This document shows, piece by piece, positions 37,610 through 48,625 of a DNA stretch of 64,000 bases. The position numbers were made by a program, and so were the translations under genes. Source of the stretch: an uncultured delta proteobacterium (GTDB lineage: Bacteria; Desulfobacterota; Desulfomonilia; Desulfomonilales; Desulfomonilaceae); assembly GCA_963789265.1 (NCBI GenBank), contig CAWBKB010000001.1:2464001-2528000 (forward strand), in the 5' to 3' direction. The notes beneath the pieces were generated by a model that worked only from the letters and a program-made list of their open reading frames with translations, made no database searches and was not told where the DNA came from. The stretch's first letter is position 1; each line of letters starts with the position of its first letter.

Positions 37610-40423
37610 CTATTCCCCGGTCTTGATGCCCGATTCCCTCAAGACCCCTGCGCACCTCGAACAAACCTCCGGATAATCCTTGGCCGAACCAACGTCGGGG
37701 GTCCACGTCCAACACCTTGGGCACTTATCGCCCTCGCTGCGGGAAACCGTGATCCGGGCTTGGGGAAGAGTCCCATCCGCCTCAGCTTCAGGGTTGGAAC
37801 CGGCCACAGTTCTCACTTCCAATTGAGAGACGATAAAGAAGCCCTTGGCATCCTCCATTTCCGAGATTGCCGCGGTCACTTCCTGCGGGGCCTCAATGAG
37901 CACTTTCGCTTCCAACGAAGAACCTATGAGCTTCTCAGCCCGTGCATTTTCCAGAGCCTTTGAGACTTCTTGCCGCAGTGCAAGCATTTTTTCCCATCGG
38001 CCTTTCTCGGCATCGGTCATTTCCACAGCCGGGATCGGGTCAGGAAACGACGACAGGTGCACGCTCCAGGGCCCACCGCTTTCTTCGCCGAAAAGCGACC
38101 AGACCTCCTCCGACGTGAAGGACAAGATGGGAGCCATCAGCCTCACCAAAGCCGACAGAATGTAGTAGAGAGCCGTCTGAGCAGATCTTCGCAACGCCCC
38201 GTCAGTTTTTTCCACATATAGACGGTCCTTTAGAATATCCAAGTAAAGAGAAGAGAGATCCACCGTACAGTAATTATATAGTGTGTGGAACACTACGTGG
38301 AATTCAAAGTCCTCGTAAGCAGTGCGGACCCTCCGTATAATCCTGTTGAGCACTTCTAGTGCAAATCGATCCAACTCTCTCATTTGCGAGGGTTCGATCA
38401 GATGCTCCTGGGGGCTGAAATCCGACAGGTTCCCAAGAAGGAATCGGCATGTGTTGCGTATGCGTCGATAAGCTTCGGAAAGACGCTCCAATATTTCACG
38501 GGAGATCCTGATGTCGTCCCGATAGTCTTCAGCGGATACCCACAGCCTTAGGATGTCGGCACCGTATTTATTTATCATTTCCTGTGGTTGAATCACGTTG
38601 CCAAGGGACTTGGACATCTTTTTCCCCTGACCGTCGACCACGAAACCGTGGGTGAGCACACTCGCGTAGGGCGCACGCTGTCTCGTACCCACGGACGTCA
38701 ATAGTGCGCTGTGGAACCAGCCGCGGTGCTGGTCGCTCCCTTCCAGATAAAGCTGGCAAGGGTAAACCAATCCTTTGCGCTGTTCGCACACAGCCGCCCA
38801 ACTTACTCCCGAATCAAACCAGACATCGAGGATATCCGTTTCTTTAACGATAGAGGAACCCTTGCATGAAGGGCAAGTAAGCCCCTGTGGGGCAAAGTCG
38901 GCGACTTCAGCCTCAAACCACACATCAGCCCCTTTTTCCTCGAACATGCGAGCGGCCGTCTCGAAGAGGTCCGGAGGAGCAATAATCTCATCGCAATCCG
39001 AGCATCTCATGGCCGTGATAGGCACCCCCCAACTCCTCTGGCGGGATATGCACCAGTCGGGGCGATGCTGGATCATCCCATAAATCCTGTCTCGTCCCCA
39101 TCTCGGTATCCACGCAACAGTATCTATGGCTTTCAACGCGTTGTTGCGGAGGCCGGTCCGTTCCATGGAGATGAACCACTGATGCGTCGCCCTGAATATT
39201 ACCGGCCGCTTGCAGCGCCAGCAATGAGGATAGCTGTGTTCCATGGTCTCGGATGCCAGCAAAGCCCCCACCTCTTTGAGCTTACGGATTACGTCTTCAT
39301 TTGCATCAAAGACAAATTTGCCGGCAAAAAATTCTGCTTCGTCCGTGAAGACACCGTGGTCGTCGACCGGGGCAAAGACTTCAAGATTGTATTTCAGTCC
39401 AACTTCGTAATCTTCCTGCCCATGGCCCGGGGCGATGTGCACGCAGCCTGTGCCTGTGTCCAACGTGACAAAAGGCGCCAATATGATGACTGACTCGCGA
39501 TCGTAAATCGGGTGCTGGCACTTAAGCCCCTCCAGCACGCTTCCTCTGAAGGTGGCAATAACCCGATAGTTTGCGATTCCGAACGATTCCATATTGATCG
39601 GCACTAGTCTTTCAGCGAGAATGAGGACTTCGTCACCGGCTTCCACCGCAGCATAAGATTCGTCAGGATGTACTGCTACGGCCAGGTTCGCGGGAATCGT
39701 CCACGGAGTGGTGGTCCAGATGACCACAGATACGTTCTTGCCCTTTAGTTCGGGGATTCGAGTGGAGAAATCGTCAATGGCCGGAAACTTGACGTATATC
39801 GACGGCGCGGAAGAATCCGCGTACTCAACTTCCGCTTCAGCGAGAGCCGTCACGCATGATGCGCACCAATAGACAGGCTTCTTTCCGCGGTAAACCGAGC
39901 CATTGGCGAAGAACTTGCCGAGTTCTCTGACAATGGTGGCTTGGTACCTGTAGTTCATGGTCAAGTAAGGATCTTCCCACTCGCCGAACACTCCAAGCCT
40001 TCTAAACTCTTCTCGCTGCACATTTATGAATTTTTCGGCATATATTCGGCAGTGCCGGCGGATTTCAACGCTACTCATCCGGAGCTTTTTGGCGCCAAGC
40101 TCTTTGTCTACCTGATGCTCGATGGGTAGGCCGTGACAGTCCCAGCCCGGCACGTAATCCGAGTCGAAACCGGCCATAAATTTCGATTTGACAATCATGT
40201 CCTTGAGAATTTTGTTTAGAGCCGTTCCAAGATGAATATGGCCGTTTGCATACGGAGGGCCGTCATGGAGTATGTATTTTTCCCTTCCGAAACTTGCATC
40301 GAGGATGTTCTTGTAAAGATTCTGCGATTCCCATTTGTTCAGTATATCGGGCTCTCTCTTGGGCAGGCCGGCTTTCATGGGAAACTGAGTTTTCGGTAAA
40401 TTAAGGGTCTCCTTATAATCCAT
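37610..40423 (-). CDS. ileS: Isoleucine--tRNA ligase
   Basis: HDGPPYANGHIHLG, GWDCHGLP, WTTTPWT, WCISRQR, KMSKS, C-terminal CPRCW..CSRC. Confidence 0.99.
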   Translation of the reverse strand: MDYKETLNLPKTQFPMKAGLPKREPDILNKWESQNLYKNILDASFGREKYILHDGPPYANGHIHLGTALNKILKDMIVKSKFMAGFDSDYVPGWDCHGLPIEHQVDKELGAKKLRMSSVEIRRHCRIYAEKFINVQREEFRRLGVFGEWEDPYLTMNYRYQATIVRELGKFFANGSVYRGKKPVYWCASCVTALAEAEVEYADSSAPSIYVKFPAIDDFSTRIPELKGKNVSVVIWTTTPWTIPANLAVAVHPDESYAAVEAGDEVLILAERLVPINMESFGIANYRVIATFRGSVLEGLKCQHPIYDRESVIILAPFVTLDTGTGCVHIAPGHGQEDYEVGLKYNLEVFAPVDDHGVFTDEAEFFAGKFVFDANEDVIRKLKEVGALLASETMEHSYPHCWRCKRPVIFRATHQWFISMERTGLRNNALKAIDTVAWIPRWGRDRIYGMIQHRPDWCISRQRSWGVPITAMRCSDCDEIIAPPDLFETAARMFEEKGADVWFEAEVADFAPQGLTCPSCKGSSIVKETDILDVWFDSGVSWAAVCEQRKGLVYPCQLYLEGSDQHRGWFHSALLTSVGTRQRAPYASVLTHGFVVDGQGKKMSKSLGNVIQPQEMINKYGADILRLWVSAEDYRDDIRISREILERLSEAYRRIRNTCRFLLGNLSDFSPQEHLIEPSQMRELDRFALEVLNRIIRRVRTAYEDFEFHVVFHTLYNYCTVDLSSLYLDILKDRLYVEKTDGALRRSAQTALYYILSALVRLMAPILSFTSEEVWSLFGEESGGPWSVHLSSFPDPIPAVEMTDAEKGRWEKMLALRQEVSKALENARAEKLIGSSLEAKVLIEAPQEVTAAISEMEDAKGFFIVSQLEVRTVAGSNPEAEADGTLPQARITVSRSEGDKCPRCWTWTPDVGSAKDYPEVCSRCAGVLRESGIKTGE

Positions 40424-40560
40424 TGGCGCCTCCGGACCAGCGGTTTCCGCCGCGAGCGTTCGGTCAATTCGGCGGTGGCCCGCGTTTCTTCGTAAACATT
40501 TTACCTTAACAGGGGACGCTGCAAAGTCAACTCAAATCCCGCGGAATGCGTAAGCAATCA

Positions 40561-40717
40561 GTCTTGTGGGGCGGTCCCGCGAGGCGCGGGAAAGCAATCT
40601 TTTCCTTTAAACGCCGCTTAGATTGCCGGTGGGACGTCCCGCGCGAACGCGGGATTGCCCGTCATCCCTAATAGACAGGCTGGAAGCCTGTCCCACCATG
40701 CACGCCTCGCAATGACA
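40561..40717. repeat. Nested repeat: family A element containing a GTGG REP doublet (40628-40697)
   Basis: AAGCAATCT..AGATTGC..CTCGCAATGACA around GGTGGGACG..TGCCCGTC and GACAGGCTGGAAGCCTGTCCCACC. Confidence 0.8.
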
Positions 40718-40844
40718 GACAACGTGCTATTCCTCCCGGTAAGTGAATGCTTGCAATAATATTGAATCCGTTTGGGGGATATATTATGCTGCAAAGGGTA
40801 TTTAGATCTCTCACCATTCCTATGTACAGATAATGGAGGGGCAA

Positions 40845-41255
40845 GTGGCTCTCAGCAGCACACCTCGCATCCTTCTTGCCAAACCCGGGCTCGACGGGCA
40901 CGACCGCGGAGCCAAAGTGGTGGCCCATGCCTTGAAGGATGCCGGATTCGAGGTCATTTACACCGGCCTCCATCAAACCGTGGAAATGATCGTGCAGGCG
41001 GCAATTCAAGAGGATGTAGATGTGATCGGACTGTCCATAATGTCCGGGGCACACGTTCCCATTTGCCGAAAGCTCTTGAATCTGTTGAAGGATAAAGAAG
41101 CCGGGGACATCATGGTGCTCGTCGGAGGCGTGATACCGAGCCGCGACATCCCCGTGCTGAAGGCTATGGGAGTCGCGGGGGTCTTCCCCGGAGGTTGTGA
41201 CATAGACACTCCTGCCGCGTTTATCAGGGAACAACTCAAAAAGAGAGCGGACTGA
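40845..41255 (+). CDS. Cobalamin-binding domain protein (acyl-CoA mutase small subunit)
   Basis: RILLAKPGLDGHDRGAKVV (DxHxxG), GLSIMSGAH, LVGGVIP; probable GTG start after GGAGG. Confidence 0.93.
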   Translation: MALSSTPRILLAKPGLDGHDRGAKVVAHALKDAGFEVIYTGLHQTVEMIVQAAIQEDVDVIGLSIMSGAHVPICRKLLNLLKDKEAGDIMVLVGGVIPSRDIPVLKAMGVAGVFPGGCDIDTPAAFIREQLKKRAD

Positions 41256-41272
41256 TTCCTCAGGGGGCGATC

Positions 41273-44200
41273 ATGGTTCAATCTCTGTCACCGTACCGAC
41301 CGAAAAATCATATTCGAGTTGTAACCGCTGCATCTCTGTTTGACGGACACGATGCGGCCATCAACATAATGCGAAGGATCCTGCAATCGTCCGGCGCAGA
41401 GGTGATTCATCTCGGGCATAACCGCTCGGTGGCGGAGCTAGCAGCCGCGGCCATCCAAGAAGATGCACAGGCCGTTGGTGTAAGCTCCTACCAGGGCGGC
41501 CACATGGACTATTTCAAGTACCTCGTCGATCTGCTTCGAGAACACGATGCCGCCCACATCAAAATCTTCGGCGGAGGAGGAGGTGTAATTGTTCCCGAGG
41601 AAATCAGAGAACTGGAAGCTTACGGGGTGACCAAGATCTTCAGCCCTGAGGACGGCCGCAAGATGGGGCTCCAGGGATTGATCAACTACTTCCTCGAAGA
41701 ATCGGATTTCACCACCACGGACGCCAACTTGGACGGGGATCTTTCCGCCCTGGTGCCAAGTAATTGGAAACTGATCGCGCGGGCGATCACGGCCGTTGAA
41801 ATGGCCAAAGAATCGGAGAACGGCAACCTTCCCGGCATTCGTGCGATGCTTCAAGGGAAGATGAAAGGGAGGGGCGCTCCTGTACTCGGGATCACAGGCA
41901 CCGGCGGTGCTGGAAAGTCTTCCTTGACCGACGAGATCGTTCTAAGATTCCTTAACGATCAACCTGAAAAGACTGTGGGGATCATTTCCGTCGACCCTAC
42001 TCGCCGTAAGACTGGTGGAGCGCTTCTGGGGGACCGAATCAGAATGAACGCCATCAACAACGACAGAGTCTATTATCGGTCTCTCGCAACAAGGAACCGG
42101 GGAGCGGAAGTTCCGGAGCACATGGAAGAAGGGATTGAAGTCCTTAAGGCCGCAGAATTTGACCTGATAATTGTCGAGACTGCCGGCATCGGCCAGGGGG
42201 ATGCCGCAGTGGTTCCTCTTGTGGACGTCTCTCTCTATGTTATGACTTCGGAATTCGGGGCTCAAAGCCAACTCGAGAAAATCGACATGTTGGATTTTGC
42301 GGACCTCGTGGCAGTGAATAAGTTTGATCGCAAAGGCTCGGAAGATGCAATCCACGATGTTCAGAAGCAGATCCAGCGCAATCGAGTAGAGTTCGCAAAG
42401 CACCTGGACGAATTTCCCGTCTATGGCACTGTCGCCTCCCGTTTCAATGATGACGGCGTAACCAGCCTGTACGTGGGCATCATCGAAGCTGTCAACGAGA
42501 AGACAGGGGCAAACTGGTCAACCCGGATGAAGGCCAGGCCGGACAAGAAACCTTCGTCACGCACCATCATTATCCCTCCCGAGCGATCTCGCTATCTGTC
42601 CGAAATCGCCAATAGCGTTCGCAAATATCATGAATGGGGCGAAGAACAAGAAGACCTCGTCCGCAGCATTTGGCAACTCGATGCTGCCGCCAAAGCTCTC
42701 CGAGACCAATATCCCGAGGGAAGTTCCGAAGCACTACAGGCCATCAGGCACGCCCAAGAAAACATCGAGGCCAAGCTGGATCCTCGCGCCCTGCGCCTGG
42801 TCGGAGAATGGGAAGACATCAAGAAAGCCTACTCGGGGGACGAGTTCGTGTTCAGCGTGCGAGGCCATGAAATCGTGACCAAACTCAGGAATCGAACCTT
42901 AAGCGGCCTTATGCTCCCCAAAATCGTTCTGCCGAAATTCAAAGATCGCGGTGAACTTCTCAGATGGCGTCTGAAAGAAAACCTGCCGGGTATGTTTCCG
43001 TTCACTGCCGGAGTCTTCCCTTTCAGGAGGCAAGACGAAGACCCCACCCGAATGTTTGCAGGCGAAGGCGATCCTTTCCGTACTAACCGGCGCTTCAAAT
43101 ATCTTTCTGAAAACAGCTCGGCCAAGCGCCTGTCAACAGCCTTTGACTCCGTGACTCTCTACGGCATGGACCCGGATGAACGGCCGGACGTCTACGGAAA
43201 AGTCGGGACCTCGGGCGTGTCTGTCTGCACCCTGGACGATGTCGAAGCGTTGTACGCCGGATTCGACCTCTGTTCTCACAACACGTCGGTATCCATGACC
43301 ATCAACGGTCCCGCGCCTATGATGCTGGCTATGTTCTTCAATGCGGCCATCGACCAACAACTGGATAAGTTCCGGAACGAGAAAGGTTCCGAGCCCACTC
43401 CGGAGGAAACAGCCAGACTAAGGGCGGACGTTTTAAGCAACATCAGAGGGACCGTGCAAGCTGACATCCTGAAGGAGGATCAGGGACAGAATACCTGCAT
43501 ATTTTCCACTGATTTTGCTCTCAAGATGATGGGTGACGTGCAACAGTTCTTCATCGACAACAACGTGAGGAATTTCTACTCTGTCTCCATTTCAGGCTAC
43601 CACATTGCGGAAGCCGGAGCGAATCCGATCACTCAACTCGCGTTCACTCTGGCCAACGGCTTCACTTACGTGGAATACTATCTCTCGCGCTGGAATGCGT
43701 ATAGACGATTTTGCGCCCAACCTTTCTTTCTTCTTCTCGAATGGCCTGGAACCCGAATACAGTGTGATCGGCCGGGTTGCCAGGCGAATTTGGGCAATTG
43801 CTATCAAGAACAGGTACGGCGGAAACGAGCGATCCCAGAAGCTAAAATATCATATCCAGACCAGCGGCCGGTCCCTACACGTGCAGGATATTCAGTTCAA
43901 CGATATAAGGACGACACTTCAGGCTCTGATCGCTATCTACGACAACTGCAATTCCCTGCACACCAACTCCTACGATGAGGCAATCACAACGCCCAGCGAA
44001 GAATCCGTCCGGAGAGCCCTTGCCATTCAATTGATCATCAACAAGGAATGGGGAATCAGCAAGGTAGACAACATCAATCAAGGGAGCTTTATAATTGAAG
44101 AGCTTACCGATCTGGTGGAAGAAGCGGTTTTGCAGGAATTCGACCGATTGTCCAAGCGGGGCGGCGTCCTGGGTGCCATGGAGACAGGATACCAGCGGAC

Positions 44201-44550
44201 AAAGATTCAAGACGAGTCACTTTATTACGAGACACTCAAGGCGTCCGGGGAATATCCCATCATCGGTGTAAACACGTTTCTTAAATCCTTACGGGGATTA
44301 TACGGAGAAGTGCTCCATTGAACTTGCTCGAGCCACTGAAGAGGAAAAAGCGTCACAACTTCGAAGGTTGCAGGAGTTCCAAGAGCGTCACAAAGACAAG
44401 TGCGATATTGCGCTCCAACGTCTCTACCAAGTAGCACAATCCGGTGGAAACATATTCGAGCAACTTATGGATTCTGTACAGCACTGCTCCCTGGGGCAGA
44501 TCTCGGCTACGCTTTTCAAGGCTGGAGGACAATATCGGCGCAACATGTGA
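41273..44550 (+). CDS. icmF: Fused isobutyryl-CoA mutase/GTPase; frameshifts near 43691 and 44283
   Basis: [69 protein letters not shown]. Confidence 0.95.
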
Positions 44551-44573
44551 GGCGATATGCGATCAAGCCGCTT

Positions 44574-45897
44574 TCAGCGGATCCTGGCTGAAGCTTCGTG
44601 TGTCCCGGGCCGGCCAATGGCCACTGTTCTTATAACGGATACTCTGCCGGTCGGTTTGTGTATAAGTCTTATCTTGTACAGGCCTGACGGTAGTTTGAGC
44701 TTTCCGGAGTAGTGCCCCTCGGAATCGGTGATCACTTCCGCATGGTCTTGCCACGGGCTCCGGGAAGTCTGAAGCGTGATACGGGAATTCGGGAGATCCG
44801 GGAAGGCGCCACTAAACGACAAGGTATCGTTCGATACAGAAGTAGCCAGCGTTACACGGCTTTCAACTCTGTCGGTGGGGAGATCGTACTTGCGTCGGAC
44901 GCGATCGCAAAGGCTGTCCCTCATATTTCTGTTGAATCGCGTAACGGACATTGCATAAGGGGCTGAGAACGGGTTGCTCCATTTGAGCATCTCGACCCAA
45001 TCAAATGCCAGACTGATGGTTCCTTCCACCTTAAAATGATCTCCCGTGCCGGCCTCCCTCCCCTGCTCAAAGCCCGCTGACCACATGCCATCTCTCGATG
45101 TTACCAAAATGCCGGCCTTGTATCCTCTAAAATCTGCTTGATCTCCCCGGTAGGAATGCAGCTCGCCATCCAGGCGGATGTCCAGGTGATCTACCATTGC
45201 AGGGAGCAAGAATCCCAATCGCGCGTCAAAGCCGGTCGGAAACATTTCGCGCACGATTGAATTGCCGTTGTTCGTGATGATACGCCGCTCATTTATTGGA
45301 AAATAAGCATTTACGTCCAGACTGAGATCTGAGTAACGCCCCGGCAGGGCGGCAAATTCCAACCCAATGCCCGTTTCCTTCAGGTACTTCCCTTTGAGAC
45401 GTCGGAGCCGCTCCCAATCGTGGAACGCATGAAAGCCCAGCAGGGTTTCGGACGTGATCAGTTGACGAAAGCCGGCATCTACTGAGAAGGTTTCCTTGGG
45501 ACTGGTCAATGACACTCTGGGCGAAAAGAAAAGACTCTTGTCCGTCCATCCTTTGATGGGCAGAAAGTAATCCGCGTGAATGGTCGGCAGACCTTCCCAA
45601 CGATCGTAACCTGCATCGAAATTGAGGCCGCGGCGGATAGTTCGAGGCAGAACGAGCTTTAAGCCGTACTTGACTGCCGGGTCAATATATGTTTCGGGGC
45701 GTTTGGCGGCCTTTTTTTGCTTAGTGCTTGCCGAAGCCGCTGCGAGATCCAGCAAGAGTCTTTGATCTTGTGAGTTGCCGGGGGGGAGCGGACGGTCTAA
45801 TGCTGCCGCGGAACTGTACGGGCAGAAGCGGCAGAGGCAGTAGCATTGTGGTTGCGGCCCAGAGGATAATTAATAATGTATAACTTACATTTTTCAA
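44574..45897 (-). CDS. Inverse-autotransporter beta-domain outer membrane protein; probable frameshift near 45821
   Basis: GFRQ..LLGFHAFHD..GLE..NAYFPI..GFD, L.DRVRR pattern; signal peptide MKNVSYTLLIILWAATT in the adjacent frame. Confidence 0.7.
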
Positions 45898-46271
45898 TGT
45901 AACAACCTAAATATCAAGTATATTTATGACAATATATTTTTCGACCGTCCGTGTCAAGCTAATTGCGAGGCCCGCTTGTAGGCACCGCGAAGAGGCTCGC
46001 ACGAACACACCCTGATATTGTTTCTGGAGACTTACTCTCGGTGTCCCCGCGTACTCGGTGGACTGAAGGCCACCATTGACGCACAATCCGACTTCAAGGT
46101 ATAAGTGTTGGGTCGAAATCCTACCTCGGCTATTCCAGGGAGCCTTATTATTGGCGGGTCAAATGGATCGGTCGGTGTTGGTTCCCTGCCAAAGGGGACT
46201 GTGGTTCCCCTTATCTGGACAAACGCCGGACAGGAAGCTCTCCCTCCAATTCCGCGCGCTGGAAAGAACTT

Positions 46272-47396
46272 ATGGCATCTAAAAGGCCTACTTGGATTGA
46301 CCGGCTGATTTCCAGTCATATACTGTCAATACCGGCTTATGTTCCGGGCAAGCCCGTTGCCGAGCTGACAAGAGAACTGGGAATCACTGAAGCTATAAAA
46401 ATGGCTTCCAACGAGAATCCGCTCGGACCGTCCCGTTTCGCACTCAAGGCTGTGCAGAATTTTTTGTCGCAAATGCACGTCTACCCCGAATCTTCTGCCC
46501 CGGAACTTCGAACTGCTCTTGCGTCGCGGTTCAGCCTGCCCCCGGAATCGATAGTCTTTGGAAACGGCTCGGATGAAATCATGGAAATGGTTGCCCATGT
46601 CTTTCTGCAGCCGCAGGACGAGGCTGTGATGGCAGAAAACGCTTTCTCCATGTATCGTATTTGCGTGGAGGCGTTCGGGGGTAAATCTGTGCGAGTTCCT
46701 CTCCGAGACTACAAGTCTGATCTCCGTGCTATGGCCAAGGCGGTCACGGAACGGACAAGGCTGATTTTCCTAGCAGTTCCCAACAACCCCACCGGAACCA
46801 TTGTCTCTCGTGGTGAGTTCGAGTCTTTTTTGAAAGAGCTTCCCCGTGGCCAACTAGTGCTGGTGCTTGATGAAGCCTACAGTGACTACGTCCGAGATCC
46901 CGATTGCCCCATCGGGAGAGATTACATAGGCAATGAATTGCCGATTCTGGTTCTGCGAACATTTTCGAAGATCTATGGACTGGCAGGATTGAGAATCGGG
47001 TATGGGCTCGGTGAGCCGTGGCTGATCGAGTTGTTGAACCGTGTGAGAGCGCCCTTTAATGTCAATGCTCCGGCACAAGCCGCCGCTGTGGCTGCGTTGG
47101 ATGATATCAAGCACCTGGAGCGATCGCGAGATATGGTGCGCTCGGGTATGGCATATATAGTTCACGAATTAGATAATATGGGTTTGGAGACTATTCCTTC
47201 CGAGGCCAACTTCGTCACTTTCTGTTTGGACAGAGATGCCAAGCCCGTTTACGAGGCGCTACTCAAAGAGGGGGTGATAGTAAGGCATCTCGCCTCATTC
47301 GGGATGCAAAAGTGCATCAGGGTTACACTGGGAAAGCATATCGAAAACCGGAGATTTGTGGCCGCACTGAAGAAGAGCCTCTCGAAGACGAAATAG
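46272..47396 (+). CDS. hisC: Histidinol-phosphate aminotransferase
   Basis: YVPGKP, KMASNENPLG, GNGSDE, PNNPTG, DEAY, RTFSKIYGLAGLRIGY. Confidence 0.96.
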   Translation: MASKRPTWIDRLISSHILSIPAYVPGKPVAELTRELGITEAIKMASNENPLGPSRFALKAVQNFLSQMHVYPESSAPELRTALASRFSLPPESIVFGNGSDEIMEMVAHVFLQPQDEAVMAENAFSMYRICVEAFGGKSVRVPLRDYKSDLRAMAKAVTERTRLIFLAVPNNPTGTIVSRGEFESFLKELPRGQLVLVLDEAYSDYVRDPDCPIGRDYIGNELPILVLRTFSKIYGLAGLRIGYGLGEPWLIELLNRVRAPFNVNAPAQAAAVAALDDIKHLERSRDMVRSGMAYIVHELDNMGLETIPSEANFVTFCLDRDAKPVYEALLKEGVIVRHLASFGMQKCIRVTLGKHIENRRFVAALKKSLSKTK

Positions 47397-47433
47397 TGTT
47401 TACCTCACTTCAGCGGTCGGACGGAAAGAACTT

Positions 47434-48159
47434 GTGGGACTCACAAAGCCGAATGAACAGAGCCCGGACCGAAAAGAGCACAAGCTGGTCATAGCGATTG
47501 ATGGGCCCGCGGGTGCGGGAAAATCAACGGTTGCCCGCCTGCTGGCACGGCTGCTCGGCTTCCGGCTCTTGGACACAGGAGCCCTTTATCGCGTCATGGC
47601 ATTACACCTGTTGCGCAACGGGATTGAGCCGGGAGCAGAACGTATCCCGGACGGTATAGTCACGTCATTGGATCTTCGAATGGAGCCTGACGCCGGATCG
47701 ATGAGGCTCTTCTTGGGTAGAGAAGAAGTGACCGGCCTAATCAGAGAGGAACGCGTAGGGACGGCGGCTTCGGCGTTTTCGGCGGAACCTCGTGTAAGGC
47801 AAGCTTTGCTTGGTTTACAACGACTAGCCGGACAGAGATGGGACCTCGTGGCCGAGGGAAGAGACATGGGGACGGTAGTGTTTCCCGAGGCCGATATAAA
47901 ATTCTTTGTTACCGCAGATTTGGAGATCCGTTCACAGAGGCGATACCAGGAGTTGCTGGCTAGAGGCGAAGAAGTTGAAGCCCTTGAGGTTTTGGCTGAA
48001 ATGCGCGCTCGGGACCATCGTGACGAGACTCGTGCGGTGTCTCCGCTGCTAAAGGCTCCGGACGCGATTTTGATTGATACAACAAATCTCAGCCCGAGAG
48101 AGGTTGTAGACAGATTGATGTCCTGCATCCGACAAAGGCCGGCACTTGCAGGCATATAA
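47434..48159 (+). CDS. cmk: Cytidylate kinase
   Basis: IAIDGPAGAGKST, LDTGALYR, EGRDMGTVVFP, RD.RD..R..SPL. Confidence 0.96.
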   Translation: MGLTKPNEQSPDRKEHKLVIAIDGPAGAGKSTVARLLARLLGFRLLDTGALYRVMALHLLRNGIEPGAERIPDGIVTSLDLRMEPDAGSMRLFLGREEVTGLIREERVGTAASAFSAEPRVRQALLGLQRLAGQRWDLVAEGRDMGTVVFPEADIKFFVTADLEIRSQRRYQELLARGEEVEALEVLAEMRARDHRDETRAVSPLLKAPDAILIDTTNLSPREVVDRLMSCIRQRPALAGI

Positions 48160-48174
48160 CGGATGGTGAAGAAA

Positions 48175-48409
48175 CAACGGTGCTGAGGGCAGTGAGTCTC
48201 GCGGTCCGCGCGGGATCACCGTCTCGCGAGACGCGGTGTACGCCGAGAACGCAGAGAAGAATGACAGCTTATTCAGTTCCACGTGAATCACCAGCGCGCA
48301 CGATCAAGCAGACATTGCCCGAACTGTCGCGGGCCGGAATTCGCCATGCCCGGCGTACATGCGTGCAGAAAAAAGAGGTATTCTCTGCGGTCCCTGCGAT
48401 CTCCGCGGT
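48175..48409. repeat. Degenerate inverted pair of family C repeats with embedded hairpins
   Basis: CGCCGAGAACGCAGAG near 48241 and CTCTGCGGTCCCTGCGATCTCCGCGGT at 48383-48409. Confidence 0.6.
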
Positions 48410-48531
48410 GAACTGTTACGTGAAGAAAGCCTTTGCCAGGGAACAAGAGGCGTGAATTGGAGCGGGGCGACCGATCATAAGTGGACAGCGCCTGAAACAC
48501 GGAAAAATGTTGATGCGAATCAAAGTTTCTC

Positions 48532-48560
48532 TTGTCAGAAGGTGCCAAAATGGATATATT
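48532..48560 (+). promoter_or_regulatory. Sigma-70 promoter upstream of rpsA
   Basis: TTGTCA-N17-TATATT. Confidence 0.55.
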
Positions 48561-48625
48561 TAGTTGGTTGTCCTGGCATATCAACATCAAAAAGCTGGAC
48601 AAAAGAGCCTGGGGGTGGCAACTGG

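Noticed and set aside
43680..44290. Programmed frameshifting in icmF
   Set aside because: No slippery heptamer or stimulatory structure; the same +1 pattern occurs in many unrelated genes
46100..46135. tRNA-like T-arm fragment GGGTCGAAATCC
   Set aside because: No cloverleaf or acceptor stem; it lies just after a promoter-like TTGACG..TATAAG for hisC
48359..48625. N-terminal extensions predicted for RpsA (and for LspA and the acyl-CoA ligase)
   Set aside because: They run through repeats or promoter DNA; the internal ATG starts fit family lengths better
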